From Rebecca billardiae RCC1528 (Eukaryota; Protista; Haptophyta): a stretch of DNA of 64,000 nucleotides. Under the pieces are notes generated by a model, which made no database searches, was not told the DNA's origin, and was given only the letters and a program-made list of their open reading frames with translations. The translations under genes were made by a program, and so were the position numbers. Positions 55,501 through 64,000 of this stretch are shown here, in pieces (position 1 is the stretch's first letter; each line of letters opens with the position of its first letter). Where the stretch lies: contig OZ251232.1 in the NCBI GenBank assembly GCA_965240325.2, positions 558,001-622,000 on the forward strand, given 5' to 3'.

Positions 55501-57149
55501 CATCGCCGCCGCCTGTGCTCTTGGCTTCTCTGCCACCGTCGAAGCCGCCAAGCCCGCCGCCAAGCCTGCCGCCCAGCCCGCCACCCAGCCCGCCACCATC
55601 GGCGGCCCCGTCCCCTCCGACCAGCCAGCCAGCCGGCCCACCGCCGTCGGCACCGCCGGCCCAGTCGCCGCCGCATCCACCTCCGCTGACGCTGCTGAGA
55701 GCACCACCGCCCTCCGCGCCACCTGAGCGTCCACCTTTCCCACCGCCGTTGCCACCTTCATCGCCACCACCGGTACACCCGCCTTTGCCCCCGCCATCCC
55801 CGCCGCTGCCGTCGCCCCAACCAGCGCTGCCGCCTGCACTGCCGCCGAGCTCGACGCCGTCCGCGCCGCCGACGCCTCCTCCGACGCTCCAGCCAGTGAC
55901 GCCTCCTATGCCGCCACCGTCACCGCCGCCCGTGCCACCACTCTCACCACCGCCCATGCCACCGCCTCAGCCCCCGCCATGGTCCCCAACGCCATCGGCA
56001 GGGCCTCCAGCTGCCCAACCGCCATCGCCGCCCTCACCGCTGCTGCCGTCGATGCCGCTGCCGGCGCCGCCGCCCAACTCGCCGACCGCGCCTCCAGTGC
56101 CGCCAGCTCCACTGCTATCCGCCTTTTCGCCACCACCATCGCCACCGCCATCGCAGCCGCCGACGCAGTCGCCGCCACAGCTGCCACCTTCGCCTCCTCC
56201 AAGCCCGCCGCCGAGCCCTCCGCCCTCGCCACCACCTGTCGCGCAGCCCGCGGCGGCTCCGACAGCGGGGCCGACACCACCGCCGCCGCCGCCGCCGCTG
56301 CTCCCTCCGAGCCCAACGCCGCTCGACCCGTCAACGGGTCTGCCGCTGCCGCCGCCGTCTCCGCCACCCTCGCCCCCGCCCTTGCTACCACCCTCGTCTC
56401 CGCTCTCCTCCGCCCCCCGCAACATCGAGGCTCGCGGCACTTCCGCCAAGCAGCGCCCCGGGCAGTCGAGCGCGCCCGCCATCGAGCCGACCGCGCTCGG
56501 CGACAACTCGAGCACCTTCGAGACGAGGCCGCTGGGGCTGGCGGTGTGGTGGTGGGTGCTGCTGGGGCTGGTGCAGCTCGTGTGCCTCGTGGCGGTGGTG
56601 CACGAACGCCGCCGCGTCTGCAAGCGCCAATGCCGCCGGCAGCCGCGCTGCGCCCCGCACGAGCGCGTGCGCATGAACCAGCTCCGGGGCGGCACGGCCG
56701 ACGCGCTGCAGCTGGCCCACGTGTCGGCAGCGCTCGGCCTCGACGTGCGCCGCGAAGGCTCGGACGTGCGCATCGACATCCGAGCCGAGCCGAGGCCCCG
56801 GCGGTTCATGTCCGCGCTGCGTGGGGTCGTGCCGCTCCGGGCCTCCGCGCAGACCGCGCCGCCCCTCCGCCCAAGCCCAAGCTCGCCGCCGCCGGCACCG
56901 CCGCCCAGCAGCCCGCCGAGCGCCATCCCAGCGCCGAGTGTGGAGGGAGTTTGGGGCGCAGCCGACGCGCTGGGCTGGGCGGTCGCGTGGCTCGACCCTT
57001 CGGGCTGGCTCGCAGGTCACCCGAGCAGCGAGACGGCGGCAGCGGCTGGCAGCACGCAGCTACGCCGCCCCTCCAGCGCGGGTGCCACTCAGGCTGGCGG
57101 CGCCGTGGCTCAGCGCAGCTCTGCGCGAGCGCGCCCTGCGTCCGCGTGA
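49563..57149 (+). CDS. Surface protein B: signal peptide, Cys-rich head, ~2100-aa SPPP extensin-like stalk, TM
   Basis: [27 protein letters not shown], ~150-aa Cys-rich domain, poly-Pro 50100..56420, [23 protein letters not shown] followed by basic residues. Confidence 0.85.
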   Translation: MVPPGRRSTATRTALAAWIFTLPAALGACTPGACTENVYCADGDVLTPVGVGSYSPAGDCALYACTTKPTACAASVAYENAVDSEIAYVSDGAGGSDSCDWACAPGGHVLGGEGQPHPGTGCIACRLTVQYYYSLPLENEEYTCDFSWPPPEWSNVWIDPTYAGNDSPQCKLACIDGSPMPSCLPSPMPPPQSPPPAPPRPPSAPPAPPSPPTPPSPPHPPPSSPPPRPPPSPLPSAPPSPPPAPPPSPPPAPPPSPLPLPPPSPPPSPPPWPPPSLPPLPPPSLPPSAPPTPPPSPPLSPPPTPPPSPPPHAPPEPPPSPPPSLPPSPPPRPPPSPPSPSPPSSPPSPPPSPPPSLPPLPPPSPPPSPPPQPPPSPPPSPPPRLPPLPPPTPPPSPPPSPSPQRPPSPPPSPPPRLPPSPPPTPPPSPPPAPPPQLPPSPPPSPPPTTPPQPPPLPPPVPPPSPPPQLPPIPPPSPPPSPPPSPPPSPPPPPTSPPPAPPPSPPPAPPPSSPPSPPPSPPPSPPPSPPPSPPPPPTSPPPAPPPSPPPAPPPSSPPSPPPSPPPSPPPSPPPSPPPPPTSPPPAPPPSPPPAPPPSSPPSPPPSLPPSAPPLPPPTSPPSPPPSPPPQPPPRPPPLPPPQQPPTPPPIPPPSPPPSHPPTPPPSPPPESPPSPPPSSPPSQPPHPPPTPPPSPPPSPPPSSPPSQPPHPPPSPPPSPPPSPPPSLPPSQPPRPPPPSPPSPPPSPPPSSPPSQPPHPPPSPPPSPPPSPPPSLPPSQPPRPPPPPPPSPPPSPPPSSPPSQPPQPPPSPPPSPPPSPPPSLPPSQPPLPPPPPPPSPPPSPPPSSPPSQPPQPPPSPPPSPPPSPPPSPLPSQPPHPPPSPPPSPPPSPPPSLPPSQPPLPPPPPPPSPPPSPPPSSPPSQPPQPPPSPPPSPPPSPPPSPLPSQPPHPPPSPPPSPPPSPPPSLPPSQPPLPPPPPPPSPPPSPPPSSPPSQPPQPPPSPPPSPPPSPPPSLPPSQPPRPPPPPPPSPPPSPPPSSPPSQPPQPPPSPPPSPPPSPPPSPLPSQQPHPPPSPPPSPPPSPPPSLPPSQPPLPPPPPPPSPPPSPPPSSPPSQPPQPPPSPPPSPPPSPPPSLPPSQPPLPPPPPPPSPPPSPPPSSLPSQPPQPPPSPPPSPPPSPPPSPLPSQPPHPPPSPPPSPPPSPPPSLPPSQPPLPPPPPPPSPPPSPPPSSPPSQPPQPPPSPPPSPPPSPPPSLPPSQPPLPPPPPPPSPPPSPPPSSLPSQPPQPPPSPPPSPPPSPPPSPLPSQPPHPPPSPPPSPPPSPPPSLPPSQPPLPPPPPPPSPPPSPPPSSPPSQPPQPPPSPPPSPPPSPPPSLPPSQPPRPPPPPPPSPPPSPPPSSPPSQPPQPPPSPPPSPPPSPPPSPLPSQPPHPPPSPPPSPPPSPPPSLPPSQPPLPPPPPPPSPPPSPPPSSPPSQPPQPPPSPPPSPPPSPPPSLPPSQPPLPPPPPPPSPPPSPPPSSPPSQPPQPPPSPPPSPPPSPPPSLPPSQPPLPPPPPPPSPPPSPPPSSPPSQPPQPPPSPPPSPPPSPPPSLPPSQPPLPPPPPPPSPPPSPPPSSPPSQPPQPPPSPPPSPPPSPPPSPLPSQPPHPPPSPPPSPPPSPPPSLPPSQPPLPPPPPPPSPPPSPPPSSPPSQPPQPPPSSPPSPPPSPPPSPLPSQPPHPPPSPPPSPPPSPPPSPLPSQQPYPPPSPPPSPPPSPPPSLPPSQPPHPPPTSPPSSPPSPFLSPPPSPPPSLPPSTPPPSPPPQMPPAPPPSPLPSLLPPPPLTPPSRPPSAQPQPSPLQPPWPPSSTPPSPPMPPPPLPPPSAPPSSATPPLQPAPPAAPSQSSPPAGLPTPPPSQPPTPPPRLPPPLPPSAPPSQPSTSPPHLPPSSPPMLPPSRPPLAPPPPLSPSPPSSPPPRTPPPPPPPSSPPGAPPLQMPPSPPPSPPPVLLASLPPSKPPSPPPSLPPSPPPSPPPSAAPSPPTSQPAGPPPSAPPAQSPPHPPPLTLLRAPPPSAPPERPPFPPPLPPSSPPPVHPPLPPPSPPLPSPQPALPPALPPSSTPSAPPTPPPTLQPVTPPMPPPSPPPVPPLSPPPMPPPQPPPWSPTPSAGPPAAQPPSPPSPLLPSMPLPAPPPNSPTAPPVPPAPLLSAFSPPPSPPPSQPPTQSPPQLPPSPPPSPPPSPPPSPPPVAQPAAAPTAGPTPPPPPPPLLPPSPTPLDPSTGLPLPPPSPPPSPPPLLPPSSPLSSAPRNIEARGTSAKQRPGQSSAPAIEPTALGDNSSTFETRPLGLAVWWWVLLGLVQLVCLVAVVHERRRVCKRQCRRQPRCAPHERVRMNQLRGGTADALQLAHVSAALGLDVRREGSDVRIDIRAEPRPRRFMSALRGVVPLRASAQTAPPLRPSPSSPPPAPPPSSPPSAIPAPSVEGVWGAADALGWAVAWLDPSGWLAGHPSSETAAAAGSTQLRRPSSAGATQAGGAVAQRSSARARPASA
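51601..54900 (+). repeat. Coding minisatellite, 72-bp (24-aa) unit x ~46
   Basis: CATCACAG recurs at 51961, 52033, 52105 and onward; unit [24 protein letters not shown]. Confidence 0.92.
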
Positions 57150-57497
57150 TGTACGACTGATGAGAGTCGCAGACACTGTCACTGGTGAGGCGCACTGATG
57201 GGATCGTAGAGACTGCTCAGCCAGCCTGCACACAATCGTTTGTGCGAAACCCTACGACAGCGCCACAGCGCGGATGACTTGAAGGCTCATCATCGGCTCA
57301 CGTATGGAGGCCTCCGTGCGCTCTTCTGGCATCATCATGCCATGATACATGTGCTGGTGCTGTGGGTTATTGCGTCGAATCGATCGTCGGACCTGTCCGC
57401 GAGAGGCACACACGGTGAAGACTCTACTACTGGCGCGTGTGTATTAACGGAAGAAAGATATGCTCCGCCTAGTGACACGTGATTGAGTTTGAAATCG

Positions 57498-60400
57498 CTA
57501 GATGGACTGATGACGCGGCGCAGCCCTCCCCGCAAGCCAGCTGCCCTGAGACTCGCTGCGCGCCGAGTCCGAGGCCGTGGTGGCAGTGCCGGAGCCACAT
57601 GCGCGCTCGCGCTGCTCCGGACTGCCGCCGCTGGCGGTGGAGGCGGATGCGCGGCCCGGCGAGCGCGGCGGGGTGGGCGGGGGCGTGAGCGGGCCCCTCT
57701 GCGCCGGCGTGGTGGCGAGCGGGCCCCGATCGAACGACCAGCCCAGCCATCGCGCCGAGTCCGAGGGCGAGGCCGGCCGCGGCTGCGCCGCCGCCTTGGC
57801 CGGTGAGGCGGGCCCTCGCGAGTGCGCGGGCACGGCGCTGCGCAGCGCGTGGGCCAGCGCGGGGACGAGGCTCATCCGGCTGAGGTCGAGCCCGGGCATG
57901 GTCGGCAGCTGCGGGTGCGCGCTCGACCTGCGCCGAGCATCGACGGCGCCATCGTGCTCCCGCCGCGCAGACCCCGGCGCCGAGCGGGGCGGCAGGGTGC
58001 TGCTGGGCGGCAGCGCTCCCTTGAGAGGCGACGCTGGGCCTCGCGAGTGCGCGGGCGCCTCGCTGTGCGGCGTGGGCGCGAGCGTCGTCGCGGGGCTCAC
58101 GTGGCTCAGGTCGAGCGCGGGCATGGGCGGCAGGAGCGGGTGCACGCTCCGCCTGCGCACGGCCTCGCTCAGCTCGATGCCCGCCATCGCGGGCGGCAGC
58201 GGCAGCTGAAACGTCCACTCCGCCGCGTCCGCGTCCACGTCCGGCGTGGCCGCGCGGTCGGCCGCCCAACGATCGCCGGAGACCGAGGGCGAGGAGGGCG
58301 CCGTCGGCAGCAGCAGCGTGCCCTTGGCGGGCGAGGCGGGGCCGCGCGAGTGTGGAGGCACATGGTCCCGCGCGGTGAAGGCGCGGGCCGGCATGAAGCT
58401 CACCTCGCTCAGGTCGAGCGGTGGCAGGGCTGGCGGCCGCGCGTGCGCGCTCGAGCGCCGCGCGGCGGCATCGGCGGAGGCGGCGACCTCGCGCCGCGCA
58501 GAGCCTGGGGCCGAGCGGGGAGGATGGCGCGGATGCGGCGTGCCCTTCATCGGCGAGGCGGGGCCTCGCGAGTGCGCTGGCACCTCGCTCCGCGGCGTGG
58601 GCGCGAGCGTCGTCGCGGGGCTCACGTGGCTCAGGTCGATCGCCGGCATGGGCGGCAGGCACGGGTGCACGCTCGACCTGCGGACGGCATCGGGGGCGGC
58701 CGCGCCGTGCGGCGGTGCGTCCGCGGCCAACGGTCGCATCGCCGTCGGTGCCAGCTCGGGAAAAGGCGCACGGTATGCTCCCGCCCACGCAGCCCCGGCC
58801 GCCGCCTCGCCCACCGCCGCGCCTCCCGGCGCGTAGGCGTGTGCCGAGGGCGAGGGCGGGCAGGAGTGCAGCGGTGAGCCTGGCTCCGAGCTGCGCAGGG
58901 AGTCACCCACCGCCAGCGCGCGCGCCTGCCAGCCTCGCAGCAGGAACACCCACGAGTCCGTGAGCTGCGGCCCGCCGTCGGTGGTGGACGCCGTCTCCAT
59001 TGCGCATGCGGCATGCCCACGCACCTCGCCCGACGGCGTGGCGGGCTCGCCGTCGGTGGTGGACGCCGTGCCGTACGCACCACCGGCTGCTGCGTGCGGC
59101 CGCGCCTTGGGTACGCCCTGGGCGCGTGCGGCCGCGGACGCCCTCGCGGTGGCCGCCCCATCGGAGGCGGCGTCGTCCTCGTCCAGGCCGATCTCGAGCT
59201 CGAGGCCAGTCTCGTCCCGCGAGCTGCGCGTGCTGCTGCTCCCGCTGCTGCGCGCCCGCTCACGCCCGGCGGTCGGGTGCGCACCATCCACGGACAGGGC
59301 AAGCGACGGCGGCGCACCTGCCGCGCGCGCTGCACGGCCCTCCGGCCGTTGCGCCGGCTGGGAGCGGGATGCCGCCGCGGCCTCGAGGTCCTCCATCGAC
59401 GGCTTCTCCGAGATAGCAGCCATTGGCGGCCGCCACCGCCGCGACGTGCCCCCGCTGCTGTAGTTGTGCTCGTGGCCCAGCGAGAGCAGCACGCGCGCGC
59501 GCCCACTCCCAAAGCACGGGCTCAGGGGCGCGCACCGCCGCAGCCGGCAGCACACCACGCACACGGCGATGGCGGCGGAGACGACGAGGCTGATCCACCA
59601 CAGCATCGGGATGCCCAAAAGCGCGGCCTCGTACACCCAGCCGTCGGCGGAGCCCGCCTGCGTGCTGTTGCTCGAGGGCAGCTCGAGCTCGGCGCCGCCC
59701 TCCGCCTCGGAGACGGTCTCTCGCGCGCTCAGCAGCATCGGGCTGCTGACGTCCGCTGGCGCGGGGGACAGGGGCGGCGGGGTGGGCGGGCTGGGCGGAC
59801 GGGAAGGCGGGTTCGCCGGAGGAGGAAGCGGCGGGTGTGGTGGCTGCGATGGCGGGGGCTCGGCGGGCGGCGCAGGCCGTGGGGCTGGCGGCGGAGCCGA
59901 GAGAGGTGGCGGAGGCGGTGGGGGGAGCGCCGGCAATGGCGGCGCCGAGGGCGGCGCCGAGGGCGGCGGGGAGCGGAGCAGTGCAGATGGCGGTGGAGGC
60001 GGCTGAGACGGGGGCAGCATGGGCGGCGTCGATGGGGCCGGGGACGGCGATGGCGAAGGTGGTGGCAAGGGCAGCGGCATGGGCGGTGGCGTAGGCGGTG
60101 GCGTGGCAGGAGGCGGCTGTGGGCTGGGTGGCGGCAGGTGCGGCATCGGCGGTGGCGAGGCTGGAGGCGTGCGTGGGGGTGTGGGCGGCGGTGGCGCCCA
60201 CGGCGTGGGCGGCGGCGCGGGGCTGGGCGATGGTGGAGGTGGCGCCATGGGCGGCGGTGACCTCGGAGGTGAGGTCAATATCAGCGGAGGGGGTGATGAC
60301 GGTGGCGGAGGCGGCGAAGGCGGTGGTAATGGGGGCGGCGAGGGCGGCAGCAATGGTGTCGGCGGGGGAGGCAGCGCGGGCGGAGGCAGAGGCGGTGGCG

Positions 60401-61325
60401 CAGGCGGCGGTGCGGGCGGCGGCGACGGCGGCTGGGCCGGTGGGAGCGGCGATGCACCCAGTGAAGGCGATGGGAAGGCAGGCGGTACAGCCGGTGGCGG
60501 CGCAGCGGGAGGCACGGACGGGAGCGGCGACGGAGGCGCCGGCGGAGGCTGCCGCGGGGGGTTGTCTGGCGGAGGCGAGGGCGGCGGTGCAGGCGGTGCC
60601 GAGGGCGGTTGATGCGGCGACGGCGACGGTGGGGATGCCGGAGGCGGGTTCGGAGCGCTGACAATCGGTGGAGGCCCCGGCGAGAGCCCCGCTGTGCCGG
60701 GCGGCGGCGGAGGGAGCGGAGGGAGCGGCGGGGCGGGCGCCAGCGGAGGCGGCAACGGCGGAGGCGACACTGGGATACATGACGAGGGCGGGGAGCCGTC
60801 GATGCACGCGAGCTTGCACTGGGGCGAGTCGTTGCCAGCGTAGGTTGGGTCGATCCACACGTTGCTCCACTCGGGCGGCGGCCACGACAAGTCGCACGTG
60901 TACTCCTCGTTCTCGAGCGGCAGCGAGTAGAAGTACTGCACCGTCAGCCGGCACGCCATGCAGCCCGTCCCGGGGTGCGGCTGCCCGTTGCCGCCGGGCA
61001 CGTGGCCTCCAGGCGCGCATGCCCAGTCGCATGCGTCTGTACCACCGGCCCCATCGGACACGTACGCGATCTCTGAGTCTACGGCGGAGCCGTAGCCGAT
61101 CGCAGGGCTGCACACCGTTGGCTTGGTCGTGCACGCGTACAGCGCGCACTCGCCCGCAGGCGAGTACGAGCCGACGCCGACGGGCGTGAGGACATCGCCG
61201 GCGGCGCAGTACACGTTCTCAGTGCATGAGCCCGGCGTGCACGCGCCGAGCGCGGCCGGCAGCGCGAACATCCACGCGGCGAGCGCGGTGCGTGTCGCCA
61301 TCGAGCGGCGGCCGGACGGCATCAT
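57498..61325 (-). CDS. Surface protein C: close paralog of B, with shorter poly-Pro stalk and repeat-bearing cytoplasmic tail
   Basis: First ~180 aa nearly identical to B. Pro-rich about 59760..60770; TM LLGIPMLWWISLVVSAAIAVCVVCC. Confidence 0.85.
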   Translation of the reverse strand: MMPSGRRSMATRTALAAWMFALPAALGACTPGSCTENVYCAAGDVLTPVGVGSYSPAGECALYACTTKPTVCSPAIGYGSAVDSEIAYVSDGAGGTDACDWACAPGGHVPGGNGQPHPGTGCMACRLTVQYFYSLPLENEEYTCDLSWPPPEWSNVWIDPTYAGNDSPQCKLACIDGSPPSSCIPVSPPPLPPPLAPAPPLPPLPPPPPGTAGLSPGPPPIVSAPNPPPASPPSPSPHQPPSAPPAPPPSPPPDNPPRQPPPAPPSPLPSVPPAAPPPAVPPAFPSPSLGASPLPPAQPPSPPPAPPPAPPPLPPPALPPPPTPLLPPSPPPLPPPSPPPPPSSPPPLILTSPPRSPPPMAPPPPSPSPAPPPTPWAPPPPTPPRTPPASPPPMPHLPPPSPQPPPATPPPTPPPMPLPLPPPSPSPSPAPSTPPMLPPSQPPPPPSALLRSPPPSAPPSAPPLPALPPPPPPPLSAPPPAPRPAPPAEPPPSQPPHPPLPPPANPPSRPPSPPTPPPLSPAPADVSSPMLLSARETVSEAEGGAELELPSSNSTQAGSADGWVYEAALLGIPMLWWISLVVSAAIAVCVVCCRLRRCAPLSPCFGSGRARVLLSLGHEHNYSSGGTSRRWRPPMAAISEKPSMEDLEAAAASRSQPAQRPEGRAARAAGAPPSLALSVDGAHPTAGRERARSSGSSSTRSSRDETGLELEIGLDEDDAASDGAATARASAAARAQGVPKARPHAAAGGAYGTASTTDGEPATPSGEVRGHAACAMETASTTDGGPQLTDSWVFLLRGWQARALAVGDSLRSSEPGSPLHSCPPSPSAHAYAPGGAAVGEAAAGAAWAGAYRAPFPELAPTAMRPLAADAPPHGAAAPDAVRRSSVHPCLPPMPAIDLSHVSPATTLAPTPRSEVPAHSRGPASPMKGTPHPRHPPRSAPGSARREVAASADAAARRSSAHARPPALPPLDLSEVSFMPARAFTARDHVPPHSRGPASPAKGTLLLPTAPSSPSVSGDRWAADRAATPDVDADAAEWTFQLPLPPAMAGIELSEAVRRRSVHPLLPPMPALDLSHVSPATTLAPTPHSEAPAHSRGPASPLKGALPPSSTLPPRSAPGSARREHDGAVDARRRSSAHPQLPTMPGLDLSRMSLVPALAHALRSAVPAHSRGPASPAKAAAQPRPASPSDSARWLGWSFDRGPLATTPAQRGPLTPPPTPPRSPGRASASTASGGSPEQRERACGSGTATTASDSARSESQGSWLAGRAAPRHQSI

Positions 61326-61584
61326 CTCAGATTCACGCTGCTGCTGACCACGCTCGGTGTTTGGTGCGCTTCCCGCCTTTCAGCTGGCGGCGTCCGGGCG
61401 CCCGCGCGCGGGAGAAGCCACCGGACTGGTCGCAGATTCCAAATAACAATGGCGCCCGCGCGCGGCGGCGGCGACGCTTGTGTGCTTGTCCTTTGATGGA
61501 CACTAGCGCGGCCTGCACTGATTCACGCGTGGGCAAGATGCCACGGGCAGTGAGCAGCGCGCCGCACGCCAGGCCTCGGTCACC

Positions 61585-64000
61585 TCACGCCAACAGTGTC
61601 GGATCATTCACGCTCGATGGACGGCCAGAGTAGTCCTCTTCGCCGCCGTCGCCGCCCGCGAGCACATCTTCCGACGGCGGCTGCGCCCGGGCTGGCGCGC
61701 GCTTCGGCCGCTCCTCCTCGCCGGCCAGCCACCTGCTCGTGGACATCGGCTGCGGCGAGCGCACCGTTTCAGCCGGCTGCTCGTCGGGCACGGCGCCCGT
61801 TGGGTTGAGGAAGTTGGGGACCTGCGGGTTGAGGCTCGCCTTGAGGCCAAACGCGCCGTCGCCGAGGGACATGACGGACCTGCGCACGCGCACCGAGCAC
61901 CGGCCAAAGGGGCGCGCGCACGCACGGGGTGTGTGTGCCGCGCAGTGAGCCCATGGCCGCGCCGACCAGACATGCGCGCGCGCGCGTGCCCCGCAGCTGT
62001 GTGTCCCCACGCCCCGCCCGGGCGCGCGGGCATCGGACGCACCGGAAGCGTGGGCGCAGGTTGTACAGGAAGCGGTAGGTGAGCTGCATGGCGCTCAGCT
62101 CCTCCTCCTCCTCCTCTGCCGCTTCCTCGGCTGCCCCCTGCACCTCACCCGCGCCCGTATCGTCGCGCTGCCGCCGCGAGGCGGCCGAGGCGGCCGAGGC
62201 GCGCGAACGGCTGCGGTGCGTGCCGGGCGCCGAGCTGCCGCCGCTCTCCCGGGCCTCCCACAGCGGCGGGAGGGGCGGCACCGGCGGCTGGTGCCTCGGC
62301 GCGCCCGGCTCGTCGCCGTCGAGCGCGGGCAGCGGCGCCCACTCCACGCCGCCGCCACAGGCGCCGCCGCCGAGCTCTGCGGCGCTGATCAGCCCGCCCG
62401 CGCCACCCTCGGCGGGGCGCGAGGGCGGTGGAGGCTCTGCACTCTCGCTCGCCCAGCCCCAGCTCAGCTCCTCCGCGCGGCGGCCGCGCGCGAAGCTGCC
62501 GTTCTCCGCGATGGTCGTCTCCGTCTCGGCCTCGTCCGCCTCCGACGGCGGGACCAGCACGATCGGCACGCTCTGCCGCGAGGAGCGGCCGTAGCCGAGG
62601 CCGTCGCCGCGCGAGAGGCGCGCGGAGGAGCGGCGGATGCTCGCGCGTGAGGTGCCCACGCCCTTGGACACGGCGAACGGCCGCCGCCGCCGCGTGCGCC
62701 GGCGGTGCAGGAGGCACGCGTACGCCGCGTAGGACGCGCACAGGCAGAGCACGATCAGGGGCAGCACGCCCCAGTACCACACGCTCACCCCGCCGGGCGT
62801 GGCGGAGAGCAGGGTGGACATGGTCAGCGTGGGCCTTGCGCCACTGGCCCCGACGCCGCTCGCAGCGGCGGCGGTGTCGGCGCCGTCCTCCTCTTCGCCG
62901 CCGTCGGTGTCGTCGTCACCCTCCTCGTCGTCGCCACCGCCGTTGACGCTCGCCGAGACGCCCGCAGGCTCGAGCTCGGGCGGGGGCGAGGGCGGGGGCG
63001 AGGGCGGTGGGAGCGGCGGCGGTGCGGGCGGTGCGGACGGCGGCGGGCTGGGCGGCGGTGCGGGTGGCGGGCGAGGCGGCAAGCCGGGCGGCGGGCTCGG
63101 CGGCGGTGATGGTGGGCGCGCGGGTGGTGGCAAGGGTGGTGGTGAGGGCGGTGGTCTCGGTGGCTGGCCGGGCGGCGGACTTGGCGGCGGGCTTGGCGGT
63201 GGGCTCGGCGGGAGACCTGGTGGCGGACTTGGCGGTCGACGTGGCGGTGGACTTGGCGGCGGGCTTGGCGGCGGGCTCGGCGGGGAGCTTGGTGGCGGGC
63301 TTGGAGGCGGGCTCGGCGGTGGACTCGGCGGAGGGCTCGGCGGCGGGCTTGGCGGCGGGCGAGGCGGCGGGCGAGGCGGTGAGCTTGGTGGCGGGCTTGG
63401 AGGCGGGCTCGGTGGTGGACTCGGCGGAGGGCTCGGCGGCGCCCGGGGCGGCGGGCTTGGCGGCGGGCTCGGCGGCGGTGATGGCGGTGGCGGGCTCGGT
63501 GGCGGGCTTGGTGGCGGACTGGGCGTCGGCGGTGGCGCTGGAGGTAGAGGCGGGCTCGGTGGCGGCGGGGGCATCGGCGGCGGGTGCGGCGCGCACGTGT
63601 CACCCCCTGAGTAGTTGTAGCTGCCTGAGAGACACGTGTACGGGCACTCGTACGTGGTCATGCCGCGGATGGTGTTGTCGAGCTCGATGCCTGCGCCGGT
63701 GTAGACAATCGTGCACACGATGTTGTCCTCCGTGCCGGGCGGGTTGTAGAAGAGCCCTAACGTGCGCATGCACGGGCGGCAGCCCCCCCAGAGCCAAAAA
63801 GGGCCCGGGTGGCCGCGGATGTACCCGTCCTCGGCGCAGAACTCCTCGCAGTTGTCCTCGCCGCCGCCCGAGGTGAGCCAGTCCGTCCACGAGCCCTCCA
63901 TGAACGCAAACGGCCCGATGCCACAAGCCGGAACGAGCCCGTTGCCGTCCTCGCCCGTGCAGTTGTACCGCGCGCACGTGTTGTTGGGCGAGAAGGAGCC
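61585..64000 (-). CDS. Surface protein D: divergent Cys-rich head, poly-Pro stalk, TM; 5' end outside window
   Basis: Frame open from 64000 (GSFSPNNTCARYNCT..GGGEDNCEEFCA..CRPC..CPYTC); TM VSVWYWGVLPLIVLCLCASYAAYACLL. Intron 61880..62042 joins the last exon 61879..61585. Confidence 0.82.

Noticed and set aside
49699-55957. Giant alternative-frame ORFs: Ala/Thr-rich 1990 aa, Ala/Val-rich 2046 aa, Gly-rich 1447 aa
   Set aside because: By-products of CCN proline codon repeats lacking stops. Only the Pro frame has a signal peptide, conserved head and TM.

Overview
Gene-dense, very GC-rich eukaryotic genomic DNA. Short GC-rich GT-AG introns, plastid-type bipartite presequences and ciliary genes point to a flagellated alga; by inference a haptophyte, Pavlovales-like. 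I support 20 protein-coding genes, several reassembled across introns that split the ORF track: WASH1 (5' truncated), a multi-TM protein with a TIR/HET-like domain, a CocE/NonD hydrolase, glycine cleavage H protein, a probable pyrenoid-shell (PyShell-like) protein, DUF3326, Sel1-MYND, an SDR, a PHD/ePHD (PZP) protein, a sulfotransferase-like protein, Nopp140, an SPFH protein, Tat-SF1, pirin, PKD2, a TSNAXIP1-like protein, and four single-pass surface proteins sharing a Cys-rich module on poly-proline stalks (42.6-64 kb). Non-coding highlights are a 1061-bp foldback element (442-bp inverted arms, 5-bp TSD) in the PKD2 divergent promoter, TA/GA microsatellites, and decayed, insertion-riddled DNA mostly between convergent genes. 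No rRNA, tRNA or CRISPR was seen. All family calls come from motif recognition by eye; no database search was run.
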